DNA of 64,000 nucleotides from Stegostoma tigrinum (Eukaryota): positions 3,228,264 through 3,292,263 of the forward strand of contig NC_081393.1 of the NCBI RefSeq assembly GCF_030684315.1. Reading direction: 5' to 3'. Positions 1 through 12,240 of the stretch are shown here, piece after piece. The first letter of the stretch is position 1. Each line of letters begins with the position of its first letter. Made by a program: the position numbers and the translations under genes. A model generated the notes under the pieces. It made no database searches, was not told the DNA's origin, and worked only from the letters and a program-made list of their open reading frames with translations.

Positions 1-208
1 TCATGTGCAGGTAAAGTGACCACATATTGCATGTGAAAAGCTAACTGCATTTATTAATGTTTATCATTTCTATGCTTGAGCTTTGGATTGTGTTAAAAAT
101 TTTAAAAACACAAGCTAACATAGCTAAAGTGTTGAATTCCTGTTTTTTTGTTTTATATAATGTGAATGGCTCCGTCCTGTTTTAAGAAAACAAAGGAAGT
201 AGTTTTCT

Positions 209-376
209 GAGATAAAGTGTGAAGCTGGACGAACACAGCAGGCCAAGCAGCATCTTAGGAGCACAAAAGCTGACGTTTCTGGCCTAGACCCTTCATCAGA
301 GACTGTCTGTGTTCATCCAGCTTCACACTTTGTATTCTCGGGATTCTCCAGCATCTGCAGTTCCCATTATCTCTGA
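209..376. mobile_element. Short fold-back Penelope-like (Neptune-type) pLTR-tail insertion with hammerhead motif
   Basis: A minus arm (209-302) joins a plus arm (303-376), both matching the 3' tail of the GIY-YIG elements at 25.4 and 35 kb. Flanked by gaagtagttttctga (196-210) / gaagcagttttctga (375-389). Confidence 0.85.
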
Positions 377-764
377 AGCAGTTTTCTGAATTAGGTAGCC
401 GCTAAGAATTGGAGCCAAGACTCCGAAGCTGTCCTACGTAGCTGACGAAAAGAATTATTGAAGCTGTGATTGTTGCTGATGAAAGAAATGTGGCTGCAGG
501 ATTGGACTTTCTCTGATATCTGATCAAACGCAAGAGTGAAAATAGAAACTAGCACTGCATTACGGTTCACAGATTCGCAAGTTCAAAACAAATTCCACCT
601 AAAGAAAGCATATCTGGGTCACAGCAGCTGATCAGGAACTAGTGAGTGTGACTTTAATTGCTTATAAACTCTGGTCAGTGTCCCTGTCTTATCTATATTT
701 AGACTCCTTTTCTGCAAGTAGCAGAGTGTGACAGTCAGTAATTTGACACAGGCGATTCGTAGAA

Positions 765-1130
765 GATAATAGAACAGAATAGAATAGAAATTTGTTGTCA
801 CCTGTACTCTTACGTGAAAAAAACAGTAAAAGATTTATAAGTTGCCCCACCTTGGCACCTATATCAATAACAGAAGTCATACATAATGATAAAAAAGTAA
901 AATTTAGACAATGTTTGTCACAATTCAGTTCACAACTCCTGGGCTCGGGCAAAACCAATGAAGGAACGATGGAATACCCTGAAGGCGTGGCCACGATAGG
1001 ACTGCCATTCTGGGCTGCTGGAATACTGAGTCAGAAGTCTCCACTAAAGATGACTGCCTTGCCGGACCAAGACCACCCCTCCTCGACGACACCCCCTGAT
1101 GGGCCACTGGAAAAGCCAAAGATCTGTCTC
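765..1130 (-). mobile_element. Probable 3' end of a non-LTR retroelement with a (CTATT)n tail (Rex1/Babar-like)
   Basis: The reverse complement ends tgacaacaaatttctattctattctgttctatt. (CTATT)n tails are typical of Rex1. No coding motif was seen. Confidence 0.3.
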
Positions 1131-1299
1131 TATAAAGATATGTAAACAGAGACATAACATTTCTCAGTTGTTATTCTGCAACTTTAAATGTGAATATTAG
1201 ATCCAAATTCAATCCATTGCCTCCAGCCACATATTATAAAGCAAAGCATTTGACCTAATATAACTTTCACAGAGGCAGTGCCAGCTTGCTTGGAATATA

Positions 1300-2655
1300 T
1301 ATTGCATAGAGTGGAATAATGTTTCACTGAAGCAGAAAGTCTCAAGGGACAGTCAGGCCATTTTCATGGTGACCTGGTTTAATTGATCACACAATGTCTT
1401 AAAGTAGGATACAGCCTACAAACTGCAGTGACCAGCAATTGCATTTTTTTGATAAATTTTATTAAGCCATGGAGTTGGACCAACAAACCGATTCATGGCT
1501 TTGCAGGGTTTTGGGAATCACTAGCCAACTGATACCAGATTCTTTCCACCCCCATGGTCTGTTTATCCTGTAATTGAATATCAACCCACTGTTCAAGAAT
1601 GAACTAAATTGTTGTATTTTCCAGTAAGGTCTGAATTTTCCATAGCAAACTCAGGTTAAATCTATTTGACATTATTCAATTCCAGTTGGGACTGTGATCC
1701 CAGGCAGAAGCATGGCATGAACTGCAAAGCAGAGCTCAAATATTTTCTTTTTGAGGTCAGCTGAAATTCCCTCAAAGATTACTTTTCTCTTTGCTTGGCC
1801 TACCTTTTGGTTTTCCAGGGGTCCTTTTTAATTCTCACTGGTTCCTTTATGAGGCATTGCAGTCAAGTAGAACATGATTTTTGGTAATCATGTTTACATT
1901 TGGGAAGTTTGACCTGGAATTTACACAGAAGAATCAAGATTCCCAATTACCATTAAGTACCCCATGAAACTAAAGCAGCTTTAAGTGTGAGATTCCACAT
2001 TTATTTGCAAATATTCATTATCTTGGTGACTTATCTTTTTCTGGATCCTACTCAGTTAATATTCATTTGACCAGTTTTAAATTGTTCTCTCCACATTACA
2101 GCCTCTCTCTGTCCCCTACTTTGCTCCCCAACTTGCAGCTTTTATGTTTCTTCGTTTGCAATGCCCTTTCTCTTCCCCATTGCATCATATCTCTCCACTA
2201 ACTGCTGCCTCCCTCTCCTCCCAACTGCAGACTCCTTGCCTTCCCCATTTGAAACTTCCATCTCTTCACTTCACACAATGCAGTTTTTGTTTCTTTGGCT
2301 CCCCGCTGACCTGGCCCTTTTGCCAGTGCTCCCAACCCCAACCTCTCTCTGCCAACATGGAACAAGTTTGCTGCTCCTATAATGCAGACTGCTTCTTCCC
2401 CACCCTGTGTGTGTTGCTGAAGAGTTTATTTTTAAGCTGTAATTGGAGGAGCAGCTTCTGGGCGACTCTAACAGTTCCATGTCAGAGGGGGCAACATTTT
2501 TTGATTCATCACCTCCATGATTGTATTTCTCCTTTTTATTTTGGGAGATTTCTGGATGAATGCACTTGCACTCATGCAGTTTGGATGTTTCTGGCTAGAG
2601 TGTTGTTCTTTCAAACAGGGTTCCCAGGAATTCATGGTCTCCATGAGCCTCCCTG
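1300..2655 (-). mobile_element. Highly decayed Ty3/Gypsy internal fragment (gag with zinc knuckle; part of pol)
   Basis: Minus-strand translation across stops and frameshifts gives ECKCIHPEISQNKKEKYNHGG (gag-like), *CNGEEKGHCKR (CCHC-like) and IPKTLQ..RFVG.TPW..KFI (RT connection-like), in gag-to-pol order. Confidence 0.45.
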
Positions 2656-2714
2656 AAAAGTTTTGTGCAAATTTTATGTCATTAGAAAATTTTACTGAAT
2701 CTTTAAAAGTTCCT

Positions 2715-3015
2715 TTTTAAGAATTTATTAATTCATGTGATGTGCACTCGGCCAACACATAGTTGTTGACTGTCCTTGAGAAGGCAGTGATGAGCCATCT
2801 TCATGAATTAATACAGTTCTTGAGGTTCAGATGCACCCATGATGCTGTCAGGAAGGAAATTGTGGACTTTTGACCCAGTGAAGAGGCAGCCATGTATTTC
2901 TAAGTCAGAACAGTGTATGACTCAGAGGGGAACTTACAGCTAGTGGTATTCCATGGATATGATGTCTTTGTGCCTGTTGGTCGAGAAAGGTGCTGTCAAA
3001 GGAGCTGCTTCAATT
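2715..3015 (-). mobile_element. 3' tail fragment of an L2/CR1-like LINE
   Basis: Similar to 45580-45900 and, in reverse complement, to 23140-23330 (ccttgagaaggcagtgatgagcc...). Confidence 0.6.
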
Positions 3016-3819
3016 TATTGAAAAATAGTGATACAGTTATTGGTCATTTTCATTTTTTAACTCCTTTGAAGTAAGTTGAAACCCACTGAGATGAGTATCG
3101 CATAAACAGGAAACAAAAGTGCCTGTTTGACATGATTCCAACTTTGATAGGTTTGCAGTCTGATTCTTAAAGGTGCTGTTGAAAAAATGTGCTCTTAATG
3201 TGTTGCGATTTAATTGGTTAATGTGAATTGAACATTACTTCGACTAAATCCCTGAGGGTGTCATCCACATTAAGAGATAGAGTGTTGATATTTTTATATT
3301 TTCCCAGTCTGCAAAACCAGTTCAAAGGTAGATAGGCAAATATGCTCCTGTTTGGCTTCAAGCTGGCACTGTTGACAGCACCTATTATTAAAGGGAGCGG
3401 AAAAAGCACAAACGAGTATTTTAAATATGGGTTAAAAGATCATTATAAGGCTGAATGTTTATTTCGGAATTGAATTTAAGATGATACAGTTTTAAAAGCA
3501 CAATACATTCATATATGAGGTGGAAAGCAAATTGATCTTCCATTTTTAATGGCAATATTTGTTGGAAGAATAAGTATGCAGAGAGTTGAAATCATATTTT
3601 GAGTACAAATTTGCTTCAATTGCTGGAAACTGGTGACGAATAATTGTGTGGCTCAAAGCAATACTCGCTATGTTGTAAGTGCTTTTAACACTGAATAAAT
3701 TTAATAACGTAAAAAAGTCTGCTCTAACATTTCTGTGTCAGGTGATTGTGGATTCAACCTCCACAGGATTGGGACTGAGGCCTTAATGCATTGTTCAAAG
3801 GTCAATCCAGAGGAAATGC

Positions 3820-4290
3820 TTTACTGTTGGAAGAACAAGACCGAAATGGCGCTGCGCTTTTGGAGGAGACATCCTACGCTGTTGAAAAGTAAGCACTGAG
3901 GGAATACGACACTGTTGGAGTGTCAGTACTGAGGGAACGCTGCAATGTTGGAGGATCTGCACTGATGATATGCTGCACCATTGGAAGGTAAGTACTGAGG
4001 TAGCGCTGCACTGTTGAAGAGTCAGTAGCCATGAAGTTTTGCCCTGTCAGAGGATTAGTCCTGAGGTAGCACTGCACTGTCAACTTTCAGATGTAAAGTT
4101 AAACTGAGGCATAGTTTGCTCTCTCAGGTAGACTTGAAGTTTCCCACAGCCACGACTTAAAAAATAACAGGGATTTATGACCAGAAAACACATTTGATTT
4201 CACTAAAATGAAAGCTTATAGACATGATCACAATGCTTTTGTGCAATTTACCATGTACATTTCTTCCATTATAACAGTGACTATACTCAA
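3820..4290 (+). repeat. Degenerate 33-bp minisatellite (~8 units) running into a Deu-domain SINE body
   Basis: The unit cactgttggagtgtcagtactgagggaacgctg repeats over 3820-4080. It is followed by tttcagatgtaaagttaaactgaggc...ctctcaggtagac, similar to 60120-60200. Confidence 0.7.
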
Positions 4291-5793
4291 GGTCGTTAGG
4301 ATGTCACAGAACACGTGGGGAGATCCTGAAATTTTGCAAGAAACCATGCCAATGCTAGCTCTTTCCAAAGGGCAGGTCAATAAAGTAATCCAGAGATTGT
4401 CTAGAAATGCGCAGTGGAAGTTTGGACATGTTAGATGAGAAGTTGTACACCTAAGTGATAGAACAAAGGGGGTTGCACTGTTCCCATAATCCAATGGGCC
4501 ATAAAATAAAAGAATACCTTATCTGGGTGTGAAGATGGCCAATTAAATAGCTTTATCTGAGATATTATTTTGCTTTATTAGAAAGCAATTTTTTTCAATG
4601 AAGATGCAAGAATTGTTGAAAATACTTAGTCATATAAAAGTATAAATACCTATCCCTGTAAACATCCTCAAAATGCACTTGTAAACACATGCATAAATAC
4701 ATACATTCTCGTGAGGAAAAAATGACAAAAGCTTTTTTTGTCACGACTGGCTTTCTGAAAAGAAAACACTTCTACCAAGGGGTTATTCGTGAAACAGAAG
4801 ATGTTCCAAAGTCTGTCACTTTAAAATGCTGGCACGTATGCTCCAAGTCACTCATCAAGCATGGTTTTCTCTGGCGTTTCTATGGACACAGCTTGCTCAG
4901 AAAATGTAATCTTGAAATGTTCTTTCAATCCCACTTGCAGGAGAGAAAGGTAATTTCCATTATTAACTCAAGAGGAGGTTTTTTTCTTTTCAGAAATGCC
5001 TCCAGTCAATGCCTCCAAACCTTTCTGGGACAAACTATTGTGAACACAGAAAACACTTTACGCCATAGCCACAGTGACATATTATGAACCTCCCTTTGAT
5101 TTTTTACCACCTGCTGTCAGACAGTGTTCAGAACACGTCACTAGATCCCCTCCATTGGATCTTACCAAAGACATTGTTGAAACCACAATCTAGTTTCATG
5201 AACTTCTTAATTGTAACCTCATTCTCGCCCAGTTATTTCCCTTCTTCAAACCCTGTTTCCACATTTTAATACCTGTACAAATGACAAATGATTAATAGTT
5301 TCTTCATGCCATATATCTTCCTGTGGTGGAGCATAGGTTCTTCACTGTGATTGTTAAATTCAGAATCTTCTCTTCCTCACCCACAGACAATGTAAATGCA
5401 CTCTTGATGCTGAAGTAATGTGCTGCTGTTTAAAAAATACAGTCACTGAGGCATTCATTATATACCATGCCAATCAATCTGACAAGGTCAACTTTTCCTG
5501 CAGTGAATGGTTTTCATAAAGAACTGTCCATGTGCCACAGAACTACAGCCTCCCTCCAGAGCTGTCTTTTTCATAAGCTCTTGTTGAAATGCTGTTGCAA
5601 TTATCAAGCTTTCCCCACCTTCAATTCAAAGCTTCACAATTCAAATATTTTGAAGCAGTAAGATATATCAAAGACTTTTAGCAGACTTTCTTGAGATTAA
5701 CTACTATATTAGATATGTTGTTTAATTGTCAGTGCAAACCGTTACATCATGGATAAAATTCATTCAATCTGACCAAAGCTGGCATGACAAGTA

Positions 5794-5835
5794 GATTTAG
5801 ATTTAGATTTAAACATTTAGATTTAGATTTAGATT
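5794..5835 (+). repeat. (TTAGAT)n microsatellite
   Basis: About 7 hexamer units, one imperfect. Confidence 0.85.
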
Positions 5836-5864
5836 CACGTGGATGTGAAAAATAGTGATAAATG

Positions 5865-7583
5865 AGATGTAGACTTACATGCCGAGCCAGTGGGTTTGGT
5901 TGCAAATGTTTCATCACCCTGCTATGTAACATCATCAGTGCACCTCCGGTGAAGCACTGGCATTCTGTCCTGCTTCTTATTGACATGCCTCAATTTGCTG
6001 GGGTGGTTGGCATTATTTCTGGTTCTGTTTTTCAGTGGTTTACATGTGAGGTCGAGTTCAATGTGTGTGTTGCTGGAGTGCCAGTTGGAATGCCAGGCCT
6101 CCAGAATTCCCTGGCATGTCTTTGTTTGGCTCATGCTATTACGGATGTGTTGTCCCAGTCCAATTTGTGTCCTTCTTTGTCTATGTGTATTGAGACCAGT
6201 AAGAATTGGTCATGTCTCTTAGTGGTTAGTTGGCGTTCATGTATCCTTCGCTTGAGTTTTCTTCCCGTTTGGCCTATGTAATGTTTCTCACAATCCTTGC
6301 ATGATATTTTGTATATTACGTTAGTTTTATTGGTTCTGGGTATGGGATCTTTTAGCTTAGTCAGCAAGCTGCTGGATCTGTGCCTCACAACCCACTTCAC
6401 CTTCATTGACCATACATTCAAACAAATCAACAGAACACCACTGGGATCCCCAATATCAGGACTGGTTACAGAGGCAGTAATGAAACGATTAGAATGAATA
6501 GTGCTCCCTACAATGCAATCCAAACTCTGGGTCCACTAATGTTATTGGCACCTTCGTGATTATCAAATGTACAAGACTAGAAGAAACCCACTGACAAATA
6601 AACAACATCCTCACTGTGATAAAATTCACAAAAGAAGAAGAGAACAGTAAGCGACTACCCTTCCCAGACATAATGGTGGAATATAAGAACAGTGGGGAAT
6701 TCCAGACTAGTGTCTATAGGAAGACCACATGCATGGACCAGATAATTAATTACCCCAGCAACCACCCCAACACCCATAAATGGAGCTGCATTAGAACATT
6801 ATTCAAATGGGCCACAAACACTGCAGCAATCCGGAATTGACCAAAGCAGAACAGGAGAACTCACATGGAGTTTTTAAAAGGAATGGATACCCGAAAGGCA
6901 CAATCTGCCGTGACAACAGACTGCAGCAAGAAGACACAATACAGCCAGACACACTAGTCACCCTACCGTACATCAGAGACGTGGTCAGAGATGACCACAA
7001 GACTACTCAGACCCCTAGATATCAGGGTAGTCTATAAACCTATAGCCACTCTGTGATAGCTACTGATGAATGTAAAGGATCCCATACGCACAACTAACAA
7101 TACTGACATAATATACAAAATACCATGCAAGGACTGTAAAAATCATTACATAGTCCAGACTGGAAGAAAATTGACACTAAGAATACATGAATACCAACTA
7201 ATCACCAAGAGACATGACAAATTCTCACTGGTCTCAGTACACACGGACAAAGAAAGGCACAAACAGGACTGGGACGACACACCCATCATAACATTAGCCA
7301 AACTGGGACATGCCAGGGCATTCCAACCAGAACTCGATAAACAAACACATTAAACTGGACCCTGAAATACAAACCAGAAAACGGAACCAGAAATAATGCC
7401 AACCGTCCCAGTAAACCGAGGCATATGAATCAGAAGTGGGGCAGAACACCAATGCTTCAGCAGAGGCGCACTGATGATGTTACCAAGCAGGGTGGTGAGA
7501 CGTCTGCAATCGAACACACCAGCTCAGCGAGGAAGTCTACAACCTCATTCACAATTACAGCTACAAATTCTCTCAAAAACTTT
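5865..7583 (+). mobile_element. Penelope/Poseidon-type PLE (RT C-terminus + GIY-YIG + pLTR) with an inverted 5' partial copy
   Basis: The plus arm (6356-7583) has RT motif TPLGSPISGLVTEAVM, HPNTHKWSCIRTL and GIY-YIG IIYKIPCKDC..HYIVQTGRKL..RIHE. The minus arm (5865-6355) has VIYKISCKDCEKHYIGQTGRKL. Stops and frameshifts are present. Degenerate 15-bp flanking duplication at 5850-5864 / 7584-7598 (12/15). Confidence 0.9.
5901..5942 (-). ncRNA. Minimal hammerhead ribozyme motif (Poseidon-type pLTR)
   Basis: tgca-CTGATGA-tgttac atagcagg gtgat-GAAAC-ATT-tgca, with a 4-bp stem I. The plus-arm partner at 7468-7507 has a GAGAC mutation. Confidence 0.6.
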
Positions 7584-8298
7584 AAACAGTGAACAATGTT
7601 TTTTCCCATGTCATTCAGAAAGCATCACCACACTCCAGCACCATCTTGAAATACTGAATATAGTTCATGATCTCATCTTTCTCTGTTCTTGTTGCTCCTC
7701 CACTCGCTGCTTGATAGTGTCTGAAATGGGCTCCTGGGTCTCTTTATTGGGGTCTGGGGAATTGAATACCGGTCTCTGCCATTGCTGTAGCCAAGTCCAA
7801 GCTGGATCCATGGGCCTAGGGATGTGTGGGTTCAGCACCCGCTGTTTCCCATTCACCTGAACCCCAACTTTTCATCTCTTGGTCGATAGCATAAAGACCA
7901 TTTTTTTTTGTTGCTTCAATTGTGGAATCAAATAGGAATAAAATTAGTTTTAAAGCAAAAGATGTTTCAGGGATTGTTGCTCTTTTTAAATGTAAGTTAC
8001 AAGACATTCTTTGTATATACTGTTTTCACAAATAGTAGGAGAGAGAAACAGTTGTAGGCTAGCTGGAACCAAGAGCCTGTGTACGAATAGAGGCATCGCT
8101 GTCAACAAGTAGCTGATTGGTTTGTGAAATGGTCGCCAGTTATCACTGACAAATGGCTTCTTTGTCTGCCAGCAATTATACACTTGGCTCCCAGGGAGCT
8201 GAACAGATTAGGGTGCGAAGATTTGGGATAGAAGCCATTGGGCTTCTGAAAAGGAAGTAGCTGCATTAGTGATGTGACAAAAACATCATGGGTCTGAA

Positions 8299-8522
8299 AA
8301 TAACAAAATGTGAGGCTGGATGAACACAGCAGGCCAAGCAGCATCTGAGGAGCACAAAAGCTGACGTTTCGGGCCTAGACCCTTCATCAGCTCTCTGACG
8401 AAGGGTCTAGGCCCGAAACGTCAGCTTTTGTGCTCCTGAGATGCTGCTTGGCCTGCTGTGTTCATCCAGCCTCACATTTTGTTATCTTGGATTCTCCAGC
8501 ATCTGCAGTTCCCATTATCTCT
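8299..8522. mobile_element. Short fold-back PLE tail with back-to-back hammerhead motifs
   Basis: Near-perfect inverted repeat centred at about 8392. Duplication tgggtctgaaaat at 8289-8301 and 8523-8535. Confidence 0.9.
8391..8424 (+). ncRNA. Minimal hammerhead ribozyme motif
   Basis: ct-CTGACGA-a-gggt ctag gccc-GAAAC-GTC-ag. Mirror copy on the minus strand at 8361-8392. Confidence 0.7.
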
Positions 8523-9278
8523 TGGGTCTGAAAATTTCCAGTTTCTTTCTGGAAGCTGGAAATGGTGACATTTACTTAACAGATCTGAGACTTGTACAAG
8601 CATGGACCAGTCACCCCATGCCTCCTGCAAACAAGTGAAAATATCTGGAGGAGCAAAAACAAGAAGAAGCATTCTGATCAGCAAAAAGATCATCTCAACA
8701 AATGCTACAGAAGGCACCACTGGCAAACCTATCCCAATCTTTCCCTCAGCCATAACACCCATGTCTTTTTTGTCTCTGTGTCCATATGTTTAAAGGAGGG
8801 GATTTATAATTGGGTTTATTCGTAGAGTCATATGTTGACCATTCATAATCGTTCATCTGTTACTATAACCTATTTATTTGGAATAAATAGCAATTCTTGT
8901 TAAGTATATAAACTGTTCATGCTTTCTGTCAACCTGGATCGAAAAGATAAGTAAATTGGGGAATTCTGCATAAGTTTCATGACACCATGAGAAGTGGGAT
9001 CTGATTTTCAGTGCACCATCTGAATGAGGCATAACAGTAGTCTTGTAGATTCTTGCACTTCGAGTGCAAATGAAGCTGTTTAAATATTAGATGGATTTCA
9101 CCCTGAACCATTCTCTTAGCCAGTGAATTCCGGATCCTGAACACCTTCCAGTGTAAATATTCGGTTCCAATTTTTCTCGAAACCCCTTACACCTTACCTA
9201 CCTCAATGCATCCTGGTTATGGAATCCACAACCAAATGGAATATGACCTTCCTGACCAATCACACAAGACCCCTGAAG

Positions 9279-9377
9279 ACATTTCTGAAGATTGGTCCAG
9301 GCCAGAAACATCAGCTTTCCTGCTCCTCTGATGCTGTTTGTCCAGCTGTGTTCATCCAGCTCTATACCTTGTTATAT
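9279..9377 (+). mobile_element. Short degenerate PLE tail fragment starting at the hammerhead motif
   Basis: catttCTGAAGAttggtccaggccaGAAACATCagc... followed by the shared tail. Confidence 0.75.
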
Positions 9378-9699
9378 CAACATGACTGCCAACTTCTTTG
9401 AATTGAGTTTATTTCATTTCATTTTTCACCTGGAGCTGTTAACTTTATTCTTCACTGTTCATCTTGGCTATTCTCACTGAGCAGTCATTCTTTGTCAGCT
9501 ATCAAGTGACTTTACTGCTCATGGCCTTTCCAAAGCATAGCAGGAGGTCACTGAATGGCTGTATCATCCCATTGTGTTTAACGCGTCAGCTTTATAGTTC
9601 AGTGGCTGTTTCTCCAAATACAGTGTCTTGTAAAGGGAAATCATTGTGTGTGGTGCTGAATTAATTGGGGAGCATGTTGCTTGCTGTACTCCACTTGGC

Positions 9700-10600
9700 T
9701 TGCTGAACAAAATGATGGAGAAATGTTTTTCTGTCTGTTATTTGTCATAAATTAGTTTGATATTTTTTCCGGTGAAAATAACCAGATCACCAGCAATATT
9801 TCAATGGTACAGATTTGCGAAACTTGTTGAGAGTTTCATTGAAAAGAAGGCAATTCAACTTTCTTATTTAAGATGTGGGAAAAACTGGGACATTCACAAA
9901 TGCCTCACTTAAGACGTTACGCTTAATCAAGAATGCAAAAGAAGCTTTTAATTATGAGGAAACAGAAAGAAAGCCAGTCTTTGAGCAACAGGTGAAAACT
10001 TATGTTCAGTTCCAACAGACTTGTGACTGACCTCAGTCACATGGTAAGTCGCGAAACTGAAAATGACATGGATATGCTGAACAACAGCAGCAACATTTGA
10101 AAACTCAAAGCTGTCTGACTCGCAGAACATCATGGCATAACTGCAAAGATGTCACAGCCCAATATTTAAGACCATGGGAAAATAACTGCCAATGAACAAA
10201 ATTCCTGATGCCCTCAGTACAATTTGAGGAATTCTCTTTTTTTGACTGAGAGTTGATTTAACGAAATTAATGAAAGTCTGATTGAACACCTGATTAGTAG
10301 TGTCAGCCGTCTCAGTGACTGACCTTTTAACCAATTAATTGAAGCATGCACAGAACAGTGAAATAGGCTGCCAGTGTTTCCAGACAAAAATGGCATCAAC
10401 TGTCTCATGATCTTACACCAACTTAGTTATATTTCCTGTTTGTTGAGAGGATTTTCACGTTCTTTATGTTCAGCAGGATTTCAGAGTTCACCAACCTTGT
10501 GGTTATCAATGTCTGCCACCTGATGCAAAATATATGGAAAGGATGGAGTGAATCTTATCATCAGAGATGAATGAAATTTAGGGACAGAACTGAAACTGAG
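9700..10600 (+). pseudogene. Fossil hAT-family transposase C-terminal region (dimerization domain)
   Basis: Across stops and frameshifts it reads FEEFSFFD ... VFPDKNGINCLMILHQLSYISC..RGFS ... NVCHLMQ. This resembles hAT dimerization FP.L.....L....S...CERGFS...L..LM.I. Confidence 0.45.
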
Positions 10601-10713
10601 CATAGCTCACAGCCAGTGATAGCAGCTCTGTCAATGAACTGATCGCAGTATTCAGTCATGGAGTAGAAACAAACATTATCTGGCAATGAAAATAAATGTT
10701 GTCATACTTACTT

Positions 10714-10719
10714 ACACAC

Positions 10720-10750
<31 letters not shown>
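10714..10750 (+). repeat. (CA)n microsatellite
   Basis: About 18 CA units with one CG interruption. Confidence 0.95.
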
Positions 10751-10949
10751 TCAAGGTGAAGGAAACTAAAATTCAGGAAGGACCAGTCCACAAGATTCAA
10801 TGAGGTTTCTGTTTGCACCTTCCAAATCCCTGTGATCTCTGATCTTCTTCTTTCTAAGTTACTTCAGTTCTTTAGTGAAGACACAGGGCATTTGAGACAC
10901 CAATAGTTAAGTCTCTGAGTCACTGGTTAGAGTAGCAGTTTATGGGAAA

Positions 10950-12240
10950 TACATGATAAAATACAGTACAGCACAGAACAGCCCTTTGGCCCACCAATTC
11001 CAGTACTTATTGCCTTTGTGTGGTATCTATCCCTCTGTTCACCTCACGTTCATGTTGCTAGCAAGACGCACCTTAAGTGTTGCTAACATGCCTGCTTCCA
11101 CTGCCTCCAACTGCAGTGCCTGTAGGCACCAACCACTCTCTGTGTGAAAAAATTTCCCTGCTCTTCCCCCACTCACCTTAAACCTGTGACCTCTTGTTGT
11201 TGACCATTTCACCCCAGGTGAATGCCTCTGATTATCCACCCAATCTATGCTTCTCATAAATTTCACATAGAATCCCTACAGTGTGTAAACAGGCCCTTCA
11301 GCCCAACAAGTCCACACTGACCTACTGAGCTTTCCACCCAGACCCATCCCTTATAACCCACCAAATCTACACATGCCTGAACTCTGTGGGCACTTTAGCA
11401 TAGCCAATCCACCTAGCCTGCATACGTTTGGACTGTGGGAGGAAACCCATGCTGACACAGGGAGAATGTGCAAACTCCACACAGACAGTTGCCCGAGGGT
11501 GGAATTGAACCCGGTCCTTGGGGCTGTGAGGCAGCAGTGCTAACCACTGAGCCACTGTGTAGACCTCTATCAGATTGCCCCTCAGCCTCCGTTTTTCCAG
11601 TGAAAACAATCCGAGTTTATCAAACCTCTCTTCATAATTAAAACCCTTCAAGCCAAGCAACATTCTGGTAAACCTTCTCTGCATCGTCTCCAAAGCATCC
11701 ATATACTTTTGGTAGTGTGGCAGCCAGAACTGCATGCAATATTCCATATGTAGCCTCACTAAAGTTTTATGTATGTCCCAACCAATGAAGGTAAGTGTGC
11801 TGTATGCCTTCTGGACTACCTTATCCACCTATGTTGCCACTTTCAGGGACCTGTGAACCTGTGTGCCCAGAAAACTCTGCATGTCAATGCCCCTAAGGAA
11901 TCTGCCATTTATTATATAATTCGCACCTGAATTCAAACTTCTAAAATGCATCATTTCGCATTTGTCCGGATTAATCTCTATCTGCCATTTCTCTGGCCAA
12001 ATCTGCAATCTGTCTACAGCCCATTGGACCCTGTGACAATCTTCCTTACTATATGCAACTTCACCAATTTTGGTGTCACCCACAAACTTACAAACAGACC
12101 ACTTACATTTTTCTCCAGATCATTTATATATGTTACAAACAATCAAGATCCCAGCACTGATCCCTATGGAACACCACTAGTTACTGATCTCCATTCTTCC
12201 ACCATTACTCTCGGTCTTCTATGACCAAGCCAGTTTTGGT
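10950..12240 (-). mobile_element. CR1 LINE 3' portion (RT C-terminus and tail), interrupted by a SINE
   Basis: ORFs 11829-12083 and 11367-11828 give (F)xGDTKIG...W...NPDKC..MHF, LVR.H.EYC.QFW.PH and QRRFTRML. Confidence 0.9.
11266..11559 (-). mobile_element. HE1-type tRNA-derived SINE (V-SINE-like)
   Basis: The minus strand starts cacagtggctcagtggttagcactgctgcctcacag...gggttcaattcc (A/B boxes), followed by gtgtggagtttgcacattctccc and a CR1-like tail. Confidence 0.85.

Noticed and set aside
925-1155. Minus-strand ORF after a good acceptor as a terminal exon
   Set aside because: It lies against a (CTATT)n retroelement-like tail and the peptide is unrecognisable.
3820-4085. 33-bp periodic array as CRISPR-like
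   Set aside because: The units are contiguous and degenerate with no unique spacers, there are no cas genes, and the context is a eukaryotic SINE.
7960-9036. LTR-like block ending CATAACA
   Set aside because: I could not locate a matching 5' TG terminus or TSD, so it was left uncalled.
11480-11559. tRNA gene
   Set aside because: The A/B boxes belong to a SINE head, with no cloverleaf acceptor stem.
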